A program made the translations under genes and the position numbers. From positions 2,843 to 66,842 of IMG/VR virus record IMGVR_UViG_3300035698_035275: a DNA stretch of 64,000 nucleotides. One strand, written 5' to 3'. Under the pieces are notes generated by a model, which worked only from the letters and a program-made list of their open reading frames with translations, had not been told where the DNA came from and ran no database searches. Origin of the DNA: a virus. Below, piece after piece: positions 39,099-47,482 of this stretch (position 1 is its first letter; each line of letters begins with the position of its first letter).

Positions 39099-39574
39099 GT
39101 ATGAGATGGACAATAGCTAATAGTAGGAGCATCTGGCTGTCAGTATCTGTTGTGCTGTTCGTTATTAGTATGGCGTCAATGATGTGCGCTGTGGCTTCTG
39201 ATGGTAAGGCTACCGAGCTGTCCGATCAAAGCGTCGAGCTAATCCTTATAGAAGCAGTTGACGACGCTGCCGGTGTAGGGGGTGTGGCCTTGCCACTTTT
39301 CCTAGCCAGCCTGATCATAAACATCGTAACAAAGCTGCTAAAGAGCCGAATATTCTTCAACGTACTAAGGAAGAAGGTAAGCTCGCGGTACAGAATATAC
39401 ATCCCAATACTGATGGGGGTGGTATTGGCGGGGTGTTCCTACTTAATAGGAATGGACCCCACGAAGGCCATAATATTAGCATTCTCTGGGCCTACGGCGA
39501 TAGTAATGCATGAGCTGGTAGACGAGAGCATCCTTGGGAATTACACAAGGAGAGCATCTGGCGGGAAGGAGTAG
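39095..39574 (+). CDS. Multi-pass membrane protein (holin-like)
   Basis: Three to four hydrophobic segments. Confidence 0.5.
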   Translation: MSMRWTIANSRSIWLSVSVVLFVISMASMMCAVASDGKATELSDQSVELILIEAVDDAAGVGGVALPLFLASLIINIVTKLLKSRIFFNVLRKKVSSRYRIYIPILMGVVLAGCSYLIGMDPTKAIILAFSGPTAIVMHELVDESILGNYTRRASGGKE

Positions 39575-39657
39575 CAGGCTTACACTTGTTGTATGCACAT
39601 AGTCGATGCAGGTGTATTCCTGAGTGCCTTTGTTTAAGGCCGAGGCCAAATTACAAA
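39575..39657. terminator. Paired hairpins between convergent transcription units
   Basis: CAGG..TACACTTG / CAGGTGTA..CCTG stem, then TTTGT..GGCCGAGGCC..ACAAA. Confidence 0.5.
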
Positions 39658-39662
39658 CGGGA

Positions 39663-41108
39663 TTACACGTCCTCCACTACCCTATTGGATCTTAAATAAT
39701 CGTTGAAGGATATCTTTCTGGAGTACGCATCTATGATCATCTCATCAACAGACTTTTTATTATCCGGGCGCACCGACACGATGTCATAGACGACGGAGCC
39801 GCCTTTTTTAAACGGACTATAATTTCTCTCAAGAGACTGCTGCCTTATTTCGATATCCCAGTCGTGTGACAGGTATATCATTTGATCCGCTTGAGGGATG
39901 GTGTGTCCTCTAGATATACTCCTGGATTGGGCTAGCAGGACTTTCACTTCGTCCTGCGGCTCATCCTTAAACATCTTTATTCTAAAGAACACCTTCTCCT
40001 GCTTGACACTACCATCGACCCTGGTGTATCTTATTTTAGCCTTAGACAAAGCCTCTTCCATTAGGTCGAGGTCATACAAGAATCTAGACCATACTATAAA
40101 CTTCCCGTCATTGCCGCATATAATATCTATTGCCGACTGCACTTTGTTGCTCTTTATGTTTACTATGTCCCCGTCCTCATCCCTTACCCAGCCGGATGAT
40201 ACTCCTTGTCGGTGCACATATGAATCTATTCCGCCCTCTTTCTCGAAGGCTTTAATTAGTGGCATTTGCTGGCTATTCATCATTATCGGCACCTTTATAA
40301 ACGATACCGGCGGGATGTCCATACACTCATTCTTCTTATATCGTATTGACCTTTCAGATAGTATCTCCTCAGCTTTTTTAATGGCTGAGTCTCTTAGTCT
40401 CCAGTCAGGGTATTCGGACCCAACGTTTATGTAGTAGCTATTTTTGAACTGGTAGTAATTACTGCCGAATGGGGACTTATAACCATCTAAAACACACCAC
40501 TGCCCATATAGGTCTTCTATTCCTCTGTTAGCTGTGGCGGTACCCGTCAACATTAGCAAGTTGGGGGTGTCTTGAAATACGGCGCTGGCATGCCGTGTGA
40601 GCTTGCTGTTATAGTGCCGATACACGCTGGCTGACTCGTCCAGTATAACGAGGTCAAACCTATCCATACAACCAGGCAGCACCTTCACTATCTCATGATT
40701 CGATATAACTAACCCATCACGTTCCAGTACCTTCCTTCTTTTATCCTTGGGACCGCCGAGGTCCGTATGAACGTCAATATCCGGGGCGTGAGTGTTGGCC
40801 TCTTGTACCCACTCTAGCACCATCGTTCGCAGTGTAAGAACTAATGCGCTCTTAATCTTCTCTGTATGAATAAGCCACCTAAAGAAGTCTAAAGCCACCT
40901 TGCTCTTACCCATTCGCATATCCAGCAGTACCGGCAGTCTTCTATGATACATGCATGCCAGGAGACTCACTAGCTGATGGTGGTATGGCTTAGTGCAGAA
41001 CGTGAAGCCGTCGAAATACTCATCGATAATGTCATCAACGGACAAGGGATGACATTCCATTTTAAGCTTATCACAGAATCCAAGCTCTGATAACAGTCCT
41101 ACCGACAC
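39663..41108 (-). CDS. SNF2-like DNA helicase
   Basis: LDMRMGKS (I), ILDES (II), LTGT (III), C-terminal helicase motifs. Confidence 0.88.
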   Translation of the reverse strand: MSVGLLSELGFCDKLKMECHPLSVDDIIDEYFDGFTFCTKPYHHQLVSLLACMYHRRLPVLLDMRMGKSKVALDFFRWLIHTEKIKSALVLTLRTMVLEWVQEANTHAPDIDVHTDLGGPKDKRRKVLERDGLVISNHEIVKVLPGCMDRFDLVILDESASVYRHYNSKLTRHASAVFQDTPNLLMLTGTATANRGIEDLYGQWCVLDGYKSPFGSNYYQFKNSYYINVGSEYPDWRLRDSAIKKAEEILSERSIRYKKNECMDIPPVSFIKVPIMMNSQQMPLIKAFEKEGGIDSYVHRQGVSSGWVRDEDGDIVNIKSNKVQSAIDIICGNDGKFIVWSRFLYDLDLMEEALSKAKIRYTRVDGSVKQEKVFFRIKMFKDEPQDEVKVLLAQSRSISRGHTIPQADQMIYLSHDWDIEIRQQSLERNYSPFKKGGSVVYDIVSVRPDNKKSVDEMIIDAYSRKISFNDYLRSNRVVEDV

Positions 41109-41110
41109 CT

Positions 41111-41671
41111 TTATTCCTCCTTTTCAACGATTGGCAGAGTTATTTCGGATTGGCCCTGGTATTTACCGGATCTTGAATAGTAGTTGGTAGCGCACGCGGC
41201 ACCGCGAAAGAATATAGCCTGCATTATTCCTTCTCTAGCATGCACCCTTACCGGTAATGGGGTGCTGTTGCTTATTTCTATTGTAACCTTCCCGTGCCAC
41301 CCAGGTTCAAGCGGTGTTACATTGACGATTATTCCGCACCTTGCATATGTGCTCTTCCCAATACATATTGCTATTACATTGTCCGGCATGTGGATAGTCT
41401 CTACGGACTTAGCCAGGGCGAATGAGTTAGGCGGTATGTCACAATAATCACCTTCCACCCGTACGAATGATTCCGTCTTCATATTCTTCGGGTCTATCGT
41501 GACATTGTGCACATTATGGAACACTAGGAACTCGTTATCTACACGCAGGTCGTACCCATACGATGACACCCCATACGATATTACCCCACTCGACACCTGC
41601 TTATTAAGAAATGGATCTACTATCTTATGATTTTCAATCTGTCTGTCGTTCAGTATCACCTTTTCCTCCAT
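41111..41671 (-). CDS. dcd: dCTP deaminase
   Basis: SYGVSSYGYDLR, IPPNSFALA, GKSTYARCG, TPLEPGW, YQGQ. Confidence 0.95.
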   Translation of the reverse strand: MEEKVILNDRQIENHKIVDPFLNKQVSSGVISYGVSSYGYDLRVDNEFLVFHNVHNVTIDPKNMKTESFVRVEGDYCDIPPNSFALAKSVETIHMPDNVIAICIGKSTYARCGIIVNVTPLEPGWHGKVTIEISNSTPLPVRVHAREGIMQAIFFRGAACATNYYSRSGKYQGQSEITLPIVEKEE

Positions 41672-41906
41672 TATATTGCTATTTAATCGGCATACTAATA
41701 AAGACGCAGTGTGTAATGTAGTGTTTCAGGGAACACCATCAGATAGTACCAGGTAATACCAAAGGAACGGAGTCCTGCACCCACCGTCATTATAAATGAT
41801 TGACCCAAGCTGACAGTATGGAAGAGATTGGCGTTTAACATTTGGCATATGATATTTGACACCTGGCATATAAGGCCGCTGAAACGCGATTCTTTGTGCA
41901 ACGTCT

Positions 41907-41996
41907 TTATTGGTTCATGTAGTGGGCCGGTCGTCGTCATAGTATACCCCTGACTAATTTACTCTATGATGGCGATTGGCTGCACTACGCTAATAG
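41907..41996 (+). ncRNA. Long G-U-rich RNA hairpin in the leader of the rightward early operon
   Basis: About 32 pairs; core GTAGTG-GGCCGGTCGTCGTCATAG / CTATGATGGCGATTGGCT-G-CACTAC; all non-Watson-Crick pairs are G-U on the + strand. Confidence 0.6.
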
Positions 41997-42018
41997 TCGG
42001 TAATGAGGGAGATACAAA

Positions 42019-42327
42019 ATGCCAATTTGGAAGGATTGTTATGAGAAGAAGACACTTGAAAGGTGTGTTTATTTTAACATCGCAGATGACTGCGAGTATC
42101 CAATAAAAGATACCCTTCTAGAGACACACCATGTAGCCTATCCGGACGGAACGTTATTTGATATGTCTGAGGGCCTATTCCTGGATAACTTCTGGTTCGG
42201 GACGGATGCCGAGCTTACTGAGATACTGATACAGCAGAAGACGCTAATGATTGAGAGGGCAACCGCAGAGGTCGAAATGCTTAAAGTGGCGTCGGCTATC
42301 TCAAAAGAAACCCCTAGCACTCATTAA
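42019..42327 (+). CDS. Hypothetical protein
   Basis: GAGGGGAG RBS, 102 aa. Confidence 0.65.
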   Translation: MPIWKDCYEKKTLERCVYFNIADDCEYPIKDTLLETHHVAYPDGTLFDMSEGLFLDNFWFGTDAELTEILIQQKTLMIERATAEVEMLKVASAISKETPSTH

Positions 42328-42350
42328 TTCACCCTGAAAGGACACACGTT

Positions 42351-42611
42351 ATGCGCGAAAATGACAGAATGAGACTGGTAGACCCGTATGCATTGTGTAC
42401 CGAATCATCGAAGAATGTAAGAATGATATCTGAAAGCGACGGCGGCAACGTGTACGACATACTACACAGTACCGCCACACCTAACTTGGTCATGGAGCTT
42501 CGGTCTGGGGGTAGCAAAGAAGCGTCTATTGCCGCTGCAAACGTACAAGCGGCACTGGATAGATTTCTGCGTAGTGGTGGCTCCGTGTACCTGGAGGAGT
42601 CGTTTGTATAA
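42351..42611 (+). CDS. Hypothetical protein
   Basis: AAGGA RBS, 86 aa. Confidence 0.55.
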   Translation: MRENDRMRLVDPYALCTESSKNVRMISESDGGNVYDILHSTATPNLVMELRSGGSKEASIAAANVQAALDRFLRSGGSVYLEESFV

Positions 42612-42625
42612 AGGAGGAGTTGCAA

Positions 42626-42850
42626 ATGGGCGAGTTGGAGATTCTGAAGCGGTGCGCGTCCAGTAGGAAAGAGGTCACGAGCACCCGTCATGATATGTTT
42701 AACGTTCTAGTGCTTATCGAAGACCTGTGCACGTCTGCTATTAAGATTCGAGATGAGCAGGCATATGAGAAGGACCGCGCTCAAGAGGACGTTCAAGAGG
42801 ACGTTCAAGAGGACGTTCAAGAGGACGATGATAGCCGGGGCGATAGGTAA
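42626..42850 (+). CDS. Hypothetical protein with QEDV repeats
   Basis: AGGAGGAG RBS before ATG 42626. Confidence 0.55.
   Translation: MGELEILKRCASSRKEVTSTRHDMFNVLVLIEDLCTSAIKIRDEQAYEKDRAQEDVQEDVQEDVQEDDDSRGDR
42782..42827 (+). repeat. 12-bp tandem repeat (CAAGAGGACGTT, almost 4 copies)
   Basis: Read directly; in frame. Confidence 0.9.
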
Positions 42851-42875
42851 TGCCTAAGGCATAAAAGGAGACACC

Positions 42876-42989
42876 ATGCGTATTGTAACAGTGTATGTAG
42901 AGACGCTCTTTGAGGGTGCGGATAACGTCTCCCACGTTTTCGACTATCTGGAGAAGGAGAAAGCGATCACGGAGGAACAGGATGATTAA
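42876..42989 (+). CDS. 37-aa hypothetical protein
   Basis: AAGGAG RBS; MRIVTVYVETLFEGADNVSHVFDYLEKEKAITEEQDD; overlaps next start. Confidence 0.5.
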   Translation: MRIVTVYVETLFEGADNVSHVFDYLEKEKAITEEQDD

Positions 42990-43242
42990 TGGCATTCCGG
43001 ACTACGACCCAGACACCTGTATTACTGCTGGCGAGCTTCGTGCTGATGGTGTTAATATTCCTGACACAATACCAGACTGCGCCTGGATATCGCGCAGCTC
43101 GCTAATACCGGTAAGCTTTAATGCCGTACACGTCGGTAATAATGGGGCAGTATGCATTGAGACGTCCTGCAGCATCACAGAGCCGTTTCGGTGGATTGAG
43201 GCAACGATAACCCTACCGGGGAAGGACGAGGCGAGTAAATGA
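42982..43242 (+). CDS. Hypothetical protein
   Basis: GGAGG RBS before ATG 42982 (MINGIPDYDPD..). Confidence 0.55.
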   Translation: MINGIPDYDPDTCITAGELRADGVNIPDTIPDCAWISRSSLIPVSFNAVHVGNNGAVCIETSCSITEPFRWIEATITLPGKDEASK

Positions 43243-43406
43243 AAGCTGTATTTGCTGCGATATTCGTTGTGGCGGTTGTGATTGTGATTAGCAAGATAGG
43301 GCTTAATATTTACGATCACCATCAATTAGAACAGGAACTTAATGCCTGTCAAGAAAGCTTAGCTCGGTGTGAGTCCGGCTGTGTATATAGTGGAGGAGGT
43401 GAATGA
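43239..43406 (+). CDS. 55-aa membrane-anchored protein
   Basis: ATGA overlaps at both ends; N-terminal hydrophobic helix, then coiled-coil with three Cys. Confidence 0.5.
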   Translation: MKAVFAAIFVVAVVIVISKIGLNIYDHHQLEQELNACQESLARCESGCVYSGGGE

Positions 43407-43675
43407 TGAAGCGGGTGATAGGGGCTATAAAATGCTCCGCTTGTATGATAGGAGCCTTGCTGGGTTCGTTTGTCCTAATATTTATTACCCAGGTGCCTGA
43501 GCTGATTAGGTACGAGTACGAGGCTTATTTCGACACGTTAACCAATGTAGAGCGTGCACTATGGACAACCACTGCGTGGTTGGGTGGGGGGCTTTTATTT
43601 ATGGCTCTGTTTAGTGTCGCAGTTCTCATAATTACATATAACCCGAGGCAGACGGACGATGACGACGGTAGCTAA
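43403..43675 (+). CDS. Two-TM membrane protein
   Basis: GGAGGAGGT RBS; two hydrophobic segments. Confidence 0.6.
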   Translation: MMKRVIGAIKCSACMIGALLGSFVLIFITQVPELIRYEYEAYFDTLTNVERALWTTTAWLGGGLLFMALFSVAVLIITYNPRQTDDDDGS

Positions 43676-44003
43676 CCGGGTGCCTGAGTTAAATTGCCAA
43701 GAATGCGGGGCGTGCTGCTGCCTGTTCACAGTGCAGTTATCTGACGGTGACGAGCTGAATATTTCTAATGAACTTGTTGAGCCTTGGCCTAATCATAAAG
43801 GTGAGTTCGTTATGAGGGGAACCGGGGGAGATGTTGACATGGATAATAAGCAGACCGGTAATGGCTGTGCTGCCTTTGTTGGAAAGGTAGGGGCTGCGTG
43901 CTCATGTGCAATTTATAAGTCAGGTAGGCCGTGGGTGTGTCGGAATTTTGAGCCTGGGGGCGTTCTGTGCCATCAAGCCAGAAGATTTCACGGACTGGAG
44001 TAG
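43659..44003 (+). CDS. YkgJ-family (CxxCxxCC) cysteine-cluster protein
   Basis: CQECGACC..C..CAIY..RP.VCR.F. Confidence 0.8.
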   Translation: MTTVANRVPELNCQECGACCCLFTVQLSDGDELNISNELVEPWPNHKGEFVMRGTGGDVDMDNKQTGNGCAAFVGKVGAACSCAIYKSGRPWVCRNFEPGGVLCHQARRFHGLE

Positions 44004-44008
44004 GAATA

Positions 44009-44524
44009 ATGCGCGGAGATGCCACAGCCGAGTATATGCGCTTAGCTACATCAAGAGGGTGCAAAATAGGTAAGGCCACCAAGCTTAGATTAGTAGCAAT
44101 GGAAGATTGGCTAGAGGAAGTCATTATAGATGATGGCTCTGGGTTCGTTAGAGCGCAATTCGATAGGCTGCCGTCTCGCATGTGCCTAAATGCATTTAGG
44201 ATGCATTGTCCTCCTCCAAATGTAATGATAGGCGAAAAGGCGATTGAGAGATACCTGCACGTGGCTGATATTGAGAAGGTAGTAAACGAACTTGACGCCG
44301 AGTCGTGCGCCCGTGCATCTGCCTCATTTATAACTGAGTCAATGATTGACGTCGAGCACATACCGCATATGGTAGATGCTGGCAAGCTAAGTAGAAGGCT
44401 AATTAACGCAATAAGGAATAAGTTGGGGTCCGGTGGTTGCTTAGATAGTAGCGTAATAATTAACGAGATAGCCAATACAGTGCTGCGTGAAAGAGAATCT
44501 GACTTTCGCCGTCTTTATAATTGA
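44009..44524 (+). CDS. Hypothetical protein
   Basis: GGAG/AGGA RBS before ATG 44009. Confidence 0.55.
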   Translation: MRGDATAEYMRLATSRGCKIGKATKLRLVAMEDWLEEVIIDDGSGFVRAQFDRLPSRMCLNAFRMHCPPPNVMIGEKAIERYLHVADIEKVVNELDAESCARASASFITESMIDVEHIPHMVDAGKLSRRLINAIRNKLGSGGCLDSSVIINEIANTVLRERESDFRRLYN

Positions 44525-44589
44525 AGACGTGGCACAAAATATTAATATTAGGTGCTCAAATAATAAAAACAGATTGGAAGGACAAGACG

Positions 44590-45909
44590 ATGGACAAGAA
44601 GACCGAGAAAGTTATTGCATCGCTGTTGAAGAAGGATGCAATCAAGCTGATTGACGCTGAAGGCAAGAAGAAGAAAGCCGTGTCTGTCAAGGCTAGCAAC
44701 ATCGATTGCAGTATATCGCTGCCTACGGTGTCGAGTCTGACAGGCAACAAGCAGATGTATGTCGAAATGGATGGTGATATGCACCGCCTGATGGGGGTTG
44801 CCGCTAAGCAGCAGAAGCCAAGAAGCCCCAAATATGACCTCAAGTTCATAGTGGAGGTTGGCGGCAAGAAGAAGTACATCAACCCCGATAAAATCGACGG
44901 GTTCACCAACGATTACGCCGACGCTGACGACGCTGACGACGCTGACGACGCTGACACCAATGAACAGCAGGATGACACGTCCCCCACACCGTCTACCCCC
45001 TTGGCTATTGGTGGTCTGCCCACCAAACCGGTAATGACCGAGGCCGACATCCCGAAAAGATTCCTCGACAAAAAGAAAGTCCCGTACTCCCACATCAAGA
45101 TGTACAACGAGATGAAGAATATGGCCGGTGACGAAATCTCCGAGCTGCATAACGTCATCTTTGGCGTTCCGCCTGACTTGCTGGGTGCCAGCGATGACGA
45201 GGCGGACTTCTACCGGAAGCGCTGCTATTACGGGTACGGTCTTGTTGTCTCGAAGGAGGTCAATATTGAAAAGTTCGTTGAGAATCTCAACGGCCTTGTC
45301 AAGTTTGAGAAGAAGACCAACAACATTGGATCGGTTACTGGCAAGCCCAAGAAGGCGGCAGTGACGGATGACGGAATCGGCACAATCAAAACCGTCGAGG
45401 GCAACCGTGTCAGGGTTAACCCCAGCTCCGTGGTCTTCATAGATGAGGACCCAATCATCAAACGACGCATCCCGAAGAACGGATTCAGAGACGAACTCGC
45501 TGAGAAGCTCTTCTATATGACGATGAAACAGGTCTGCGCCTACGCTGTGGAAATCGGCGCGTGTGACAAGGATGATGTCAAAAAATACCTGAATGCGTCC
45601 GACAACAACAACGATCCGGGTCTTGCTCGCATGGCCATCGGAAACCGCATCCGTGGACAGGTCAATCGAAACGAGCGTGGTGATGCGCCCAAGAAGGAAA
45701 AGAAGAAGTCAGGTGTTAAGGCCGTTCCGGGCGAGAAGTCTCTGGCGCAGTTAGCTGTTAAGGCTGCTGTAAAAGCAAAGGCGAAAGCTGCCACCAAGGA
45801 CACTGTGGAAGAGAAGAGCGCCGACAAAAAGCCGCCGAGTGTAAGAAGCAGTCTGGCCAAGCTCGCTGCCGCCAAGAAGGGCAAGAAGAAGAATAAGGCC
45901 AGTAAGTGA
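44590..45909 (+). CDS. Lys-rich hypothetical protein (possible DNA-binding early protein)
   Basis: AAGGA RBS after AT-rich intergenic; (DAD)n repeat near 44920-44955; Lys/Ala-rich C-terminus. Confidence 0.7.
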   Translation: MDKKTEKVIASLLKKDAIKLIDAEGKKKKAVSVKASNIDCSISLPTVSSLTGNKQMYVEMDGDMHRLMGVAAKQQKPRSPKYDLKFIVEVGGKKKYINPDKIDGFTNDYADADDADDADDADTNEQQDDTSPTPSTPLAIGGLPTKPVMTEADIPKRFLDKKKVPYSHIKMYNEMKNMAGDEISELHNVIFGVPPDLLGASDDEADFYRKRCYYGYGLVVSKEVNIEKFVENLNGLVKFEKKTNNIGSVTGKPKKAAVTDDGIGTIKTVEGNRVRVNPSSVVFIDEDPIIKRRIPKNGFRDELAEKLFYMTMKQVCAYAVEIGACDKDDVKKYLNASDNNNDPGLARMAIGNRIRGQVNRNERGDAPKKEKKKSGVKAVPGEKSLAQLAVKAAVKAKAKAATKDTVEEKSADKKPPSVRSSLAKLAAAKKGKKKNKASK

Positions 45910-46391
45910 TCTACCTGGGACATCCAATAGATATGGCATCAAAGAGGTACGATCCCACCCAGCTCTTGGCAGCAATGTCAGGGGCTGGGTGCCAATCTGT
46001 GTATGTGCCATCTTCAGCGTTCAGGGTGCATACAAACTCCGAGGCGTACGCGTCCGGTGCTGACCCGCGTTCGTTGTGTAGGATAAATGACTTTGCAATG
46101 TCTATGTGCACTTCAGCAATATTTATTTATGCACAGAAGAAGTCCGTATGCCTGCCTATTGAGCTGGAGAATGCGACGAAGGGCAACATAAGGGCGGTAG
46201 ACGGCGGCCTGCTGAATGTGTATGTAGTGTGTCCGTGGGTGTTTAAGTCTGTAAAGATGATAGAGATGGTGACATACGGCGCTCCGTCTAGAATAAATGT
46301 ATACAATAGTGAGGGTGGGCTTATAGAGGACATAGTGTCAAGGTCGGATAGGGTGTCTAACTTGTTATCCAGTGAGCTGCTGGAAGCCTAA
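45906..46391 (+). CDS. Nucleoside 2-deoxyribosyltransferase / nucleotide N-hydrolase-like protein
   Basis: IYLGHPID N-terminus, VYVP, INDFAM..C, SVCLPIELENA (S-x5-E-x3-A catalytic Glu pattern). Confidence 0.55.
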   Translation: MIYLGHPIDMASKRYDPTQLLAAMSGAGCQSVYVPSSAFRVHTNSEAYASGADPRSLCRINDFAMSMCTSAIFIYAQKKSVCLPIELENATKGNIRAVDGGLLNVYVVCPWVFKSVKMIEMVTYGAPSRINVYNSEGGLIEDIVSRSDRVSNLLSSELLEA

Positions 46392-46412
46392 AACCCCTTA
46401 TATAGTAGGATA

Positions 46413-47480
46413 GTGATGTCATCAGATAAGAAGACAGGTAAAAAGAAGGCTGGTAAAAAGAAGGCTGGTAAAAAGAAATTAAATGCGTATGACGCAATAC
46501 GCGGAATGATAGATGACGTAATAACCGGTAATGAAATGCTGGATTACGAGTGCCTGCCATCGGCTCTGCCGTCGTTAAACCTTTCGATACGTGGGTATCC
46601 GAAACCCCCTGGCGGATACCCACGTGGTGCAATGACCGAGGTAGTGGGTGGTAGTCAAACCGGAAAGACTAGAATACTGCTGGATATGGCTGCTGCTGCA
46701 CAGGAGGACGACGAGAATGCTATAGTGTACTTCTTTGACTCCGAGAGAGGTGTAACACGCAGCTTAATGGACTTGCACAACGTGGATAAAGATAGAATAG
46801 TGTTTATTCGGCCAATGTGCATGGAGGATATGTTCTTAGGCGTTGAGAAGATACTCAAAGCTAGCGCTGGCAGGTCACGACTGGACGGGGACCCCGGCGC
46901 TATAATAGTGGACTCTGTAAAGGGATTCCCACCCAGTGTTGAACTCGACATGGTAGACGCATCTAATGACGGGGAAAAAAAGGGAATCCCAATGGCCCTT
47001 CAGGGCCAGCTATCTAGCTCCCACCTACCCAAAATAATACCATTGCTTGAGAAGACAAAGATGTTGATGGGTGTATCCAACCAGCTAAGAACAAAGCCGG
47101 GTGTTGTATATGGAAATCCGGAGTATTCAACTGGTGGCTCCTCCTGGGAGTTCTATTCAGGTCTTAGGCTGAAGCTGACAAAGGGGTCAAAGGTAAAGCG
47201 CAGTAAAACAGATGACACCATCGTTGGAATGAACGGTACTATACAAGTCATAAAAAGCCGTGTTGCGTGGTGCTGGCGTAAAACATCTTTGATATTCGCT
47301 GAGAATGGCAGACTGATTGATACTGGCTTGTTGGACATAATGATTGACAAGGGTCTAGTATCCGTAGACAAAGCTACCGGGTGGCATACATACGGTGACG
47401 AGAAGTTTTATAAAGCCAACTGGCCCACCGTAATGGATGATAACCTAATAGAAATAATGGATGACCTGGAGGGCAAATAA
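46413..47480 (+). CDS. recA: RecA/UvsX-like recombinase
   Basis: GGYPRG..E..GGSQTGKT, FDSE, IIVDSV, NQLR, TGG..FYS. Confidence 0.92.
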   Translation: MMSSDKKTGKKKAGKKKAGKKKLNAYDAIRGMIDDVITGNEMLDYECLPSALPSLNLSIRGYPKPPGGYPRGAMTEVVGGSQTGKTRILLDMAAAAQEDDENAIVYFFDSERGVTRSLMDLHNVDKDRIVFIRPMCMEDMFLGVEKILKASAGRSRLDGDPGAIIVDSVKGFPPSVELDMVDASNDGEKKGIPMALQGQLSSSHLPKIIPLLEKTKMLMGVSNQLRTKPGVVYGNPEYSTGGSSWEFYSGLRLKLTKGSKVKRSKTDDTIVGMNGTIQVIKSRVAWCWRKTSLIFAENGRLIDTGLLDIMIDKGLVSVDKATGWHTYGDEKFYKANWPTVMDDNLIEIMDDLEGK

Positions 47481-47482
47481 TA

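Noticed and set aside
41843-41880. Sigma54 promoter at the repeated TGGCATAT (also TGGCAC near 44530)
   Set aside because: No GC at the required 10-nt spacing from GG; the 21-bp-spaced 8-mer repeat alone is too short to call
41695-41940. 81-aa minus-strand ORF in the divergent gap
   Set aside because: No recognisable motif; overlaps the + strand hairpin and the likely promoter region, so not called
42782-42827. CRISPR-like array
   Set aside because: Head-to-tail 12-bp coding repeat with no spacers; the same applies to repeats near 44920, 46437 and 54763
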